Shown here piece by piece: positions 1 through 527 of a stretch of DNA of 527 nt. Within the stretch, counting starts at the first letter, position 1; every line of letters begins with the position of its first letter. The stretch lies in assembly GCF_003334335.1 (NCBI RefSeq), contig NZ_QOWQ01000175.1. The stretch is one strand, 5' to 3'. The notes below the pieces were generated by a model, which was not told the origin of the DNA, searched no databases, and saw only the letters and a program-made list of their open reading frames with translations. The stretch comes from Escherichia coli. Its GTDB lineage: Bacteria > Pseudomonadota > Gammaproteobacteria > Enterobacterales > Enterobacteriaceae. A program made the position numbers and the translations under genes.

Positions 1-527
1 GAATTTATCCGTGAAGGTGTGGGCGTTCATGCGTTTAACGGCGAAATCTTTGTGCAGCCGGTCTGGGATACGGAGAGTACGCAACTGTTTCGTACGCGTT
101 TTAAAGCCGTGAGTCCGAAACGGGTGGACACGCCAGGACACGGTATCGGGAACCGTTTTCTGCGGGCCGGTGTGGAGGTTGATCGATATGGCCGTGCCGT
201 TGCGTACCATATCTGTGAGGATGATTTTCCTCGCTCCGGGAGTGGACGATGGGAACGGATCCCGCGTGAACTACCCACCGGGCGTCCGGCCATGCTGCAT
301 ATTTTCGAGCCGGTGGAGGACGGGCAGACCCGTGGAGCCAATCAGTTTTACAGCGTTATGGAACGGCTGAAGATGCTGGATTCCCTGCAGGCAACACAGC
401 TTCAGTCGGCCATAGTGAAGGCGATGTATGCAGCGACGATTGAAAGTGACCTTGATACCGAAAAGGCCTTTGAATATATCGCCGGTGCGCCGCAGGGGCA
501 GAAGGATAATCCGCTTATTAATATTCT
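1..527 (+). CDS. Phage portal protein, lambda (gpB) family; internal fragment, 5' and 3' ends both outside the window
   Basis: Seen in sequence: frame +1 is open across the whole window (175 codons, no stop), whereas the other frames give only short ORFs. By recall, the translation aligns colinearly and without gaps to the central region of bacteriophage lambda portal protein gpB. Near-identical blocks include REGV..HAFNGE.FVQ..WDT....LFRT.F..VSPKR, IPRELP.GR, and F.H.FEPVEDGQTRGAN.FYSVME..KMLD.LQ.TQLQSAIVKAMYAATIES.LDT. GC content is roughly 50-55 percent, compatible with an enterobacterial lambdoid phage. The track did not list this frame because it contains neither a start nor a stop codon in the window. 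Confidence 0.93.

Noticed and set aside
181-262. Short palindromes and GATC sites (gatcgat at 181-187 including atcgat; ggatcc at 257-262)
   Set aside because: These are isolated 6-bp palindromes at the frequency expected by chance in coding DNA. There is no clustering, no flanking promoter elements, and they sit inside an uninterrupted coding frame, so nothing suggests regulatory or operator function.
27-341. 104-aa ORF on the minus strand from the supplied track
   Set aside because: It lies antisense and entirely inside the frame +1 portal gene. Its translation is Arg/Ser/Pro-rich and low in complexity with no recognisable domain, as expected for a chance antisense ORF. The portal frame explains this region.
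170-370. 66-aa ORF on the plus strand (frame 2) from the supplied track
   Set aside because: It is in frame +2, fully embedded in the conserved frame +1 portal coding sequence. Its translation has no recognisable features and ends where a chance stop occurs. No Shine-Dalgarno-like context suggests a real embedded gene.
287-413. 7-bp direct repeat cggccat at 287-293 and 407-413
   Set aside because: It is too short and too widely spaced to be meaningful and is expected by chance. It is not a CRISPR repeat, a terminal inverted repeat or an att core.
1-527. Possibility of a novel defence or accessory system in the window
   Set aside because: The entire window is accounted for by a single conserved phage portal coding frame. 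There is no intergenic space, no unexplained ORF, no repeat array and no structured RNA signal that would support an undescribed system.

Overview
The whole 527-nt window is an internal fragment of one protein-coding gene on the + strand, frame 1 (codons start at nt 1; 175 sense codons, no stop, both gene ends outside the window). The translation (EFIREGVGVHAFNGEIFVQPVWDTESTQLFRTRFKAVSPKR...IPRELPTGRPAMLHIFEPVEDGQTRGANQFYSVMERLKMLDSLQATQLQSAIVKAMYAATIESDLDTE...) is recognisably a lambda-family phage portal protein (gpB-like). This is by recall of the lambda B sequence, not a database search. The two ORFs in the supplied track (27..341 minus; 170..370 plus, frame 2) are out-of-frame or antisense artefacts lying inside this gene; the true frame is missing from the track because it has no start or stop within the window. 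I see no RNA gene, CRISPR array, mobile-element end, promoter or terminator. The window sits in the head-morphogenesis module of a lambdoid phage or prophage, probably in an enterobacterial host, and I find no evidence of a novel or undescribed system here. The only points of mild interest are a divergent central segment of the portal protein and the prophage context it implies.
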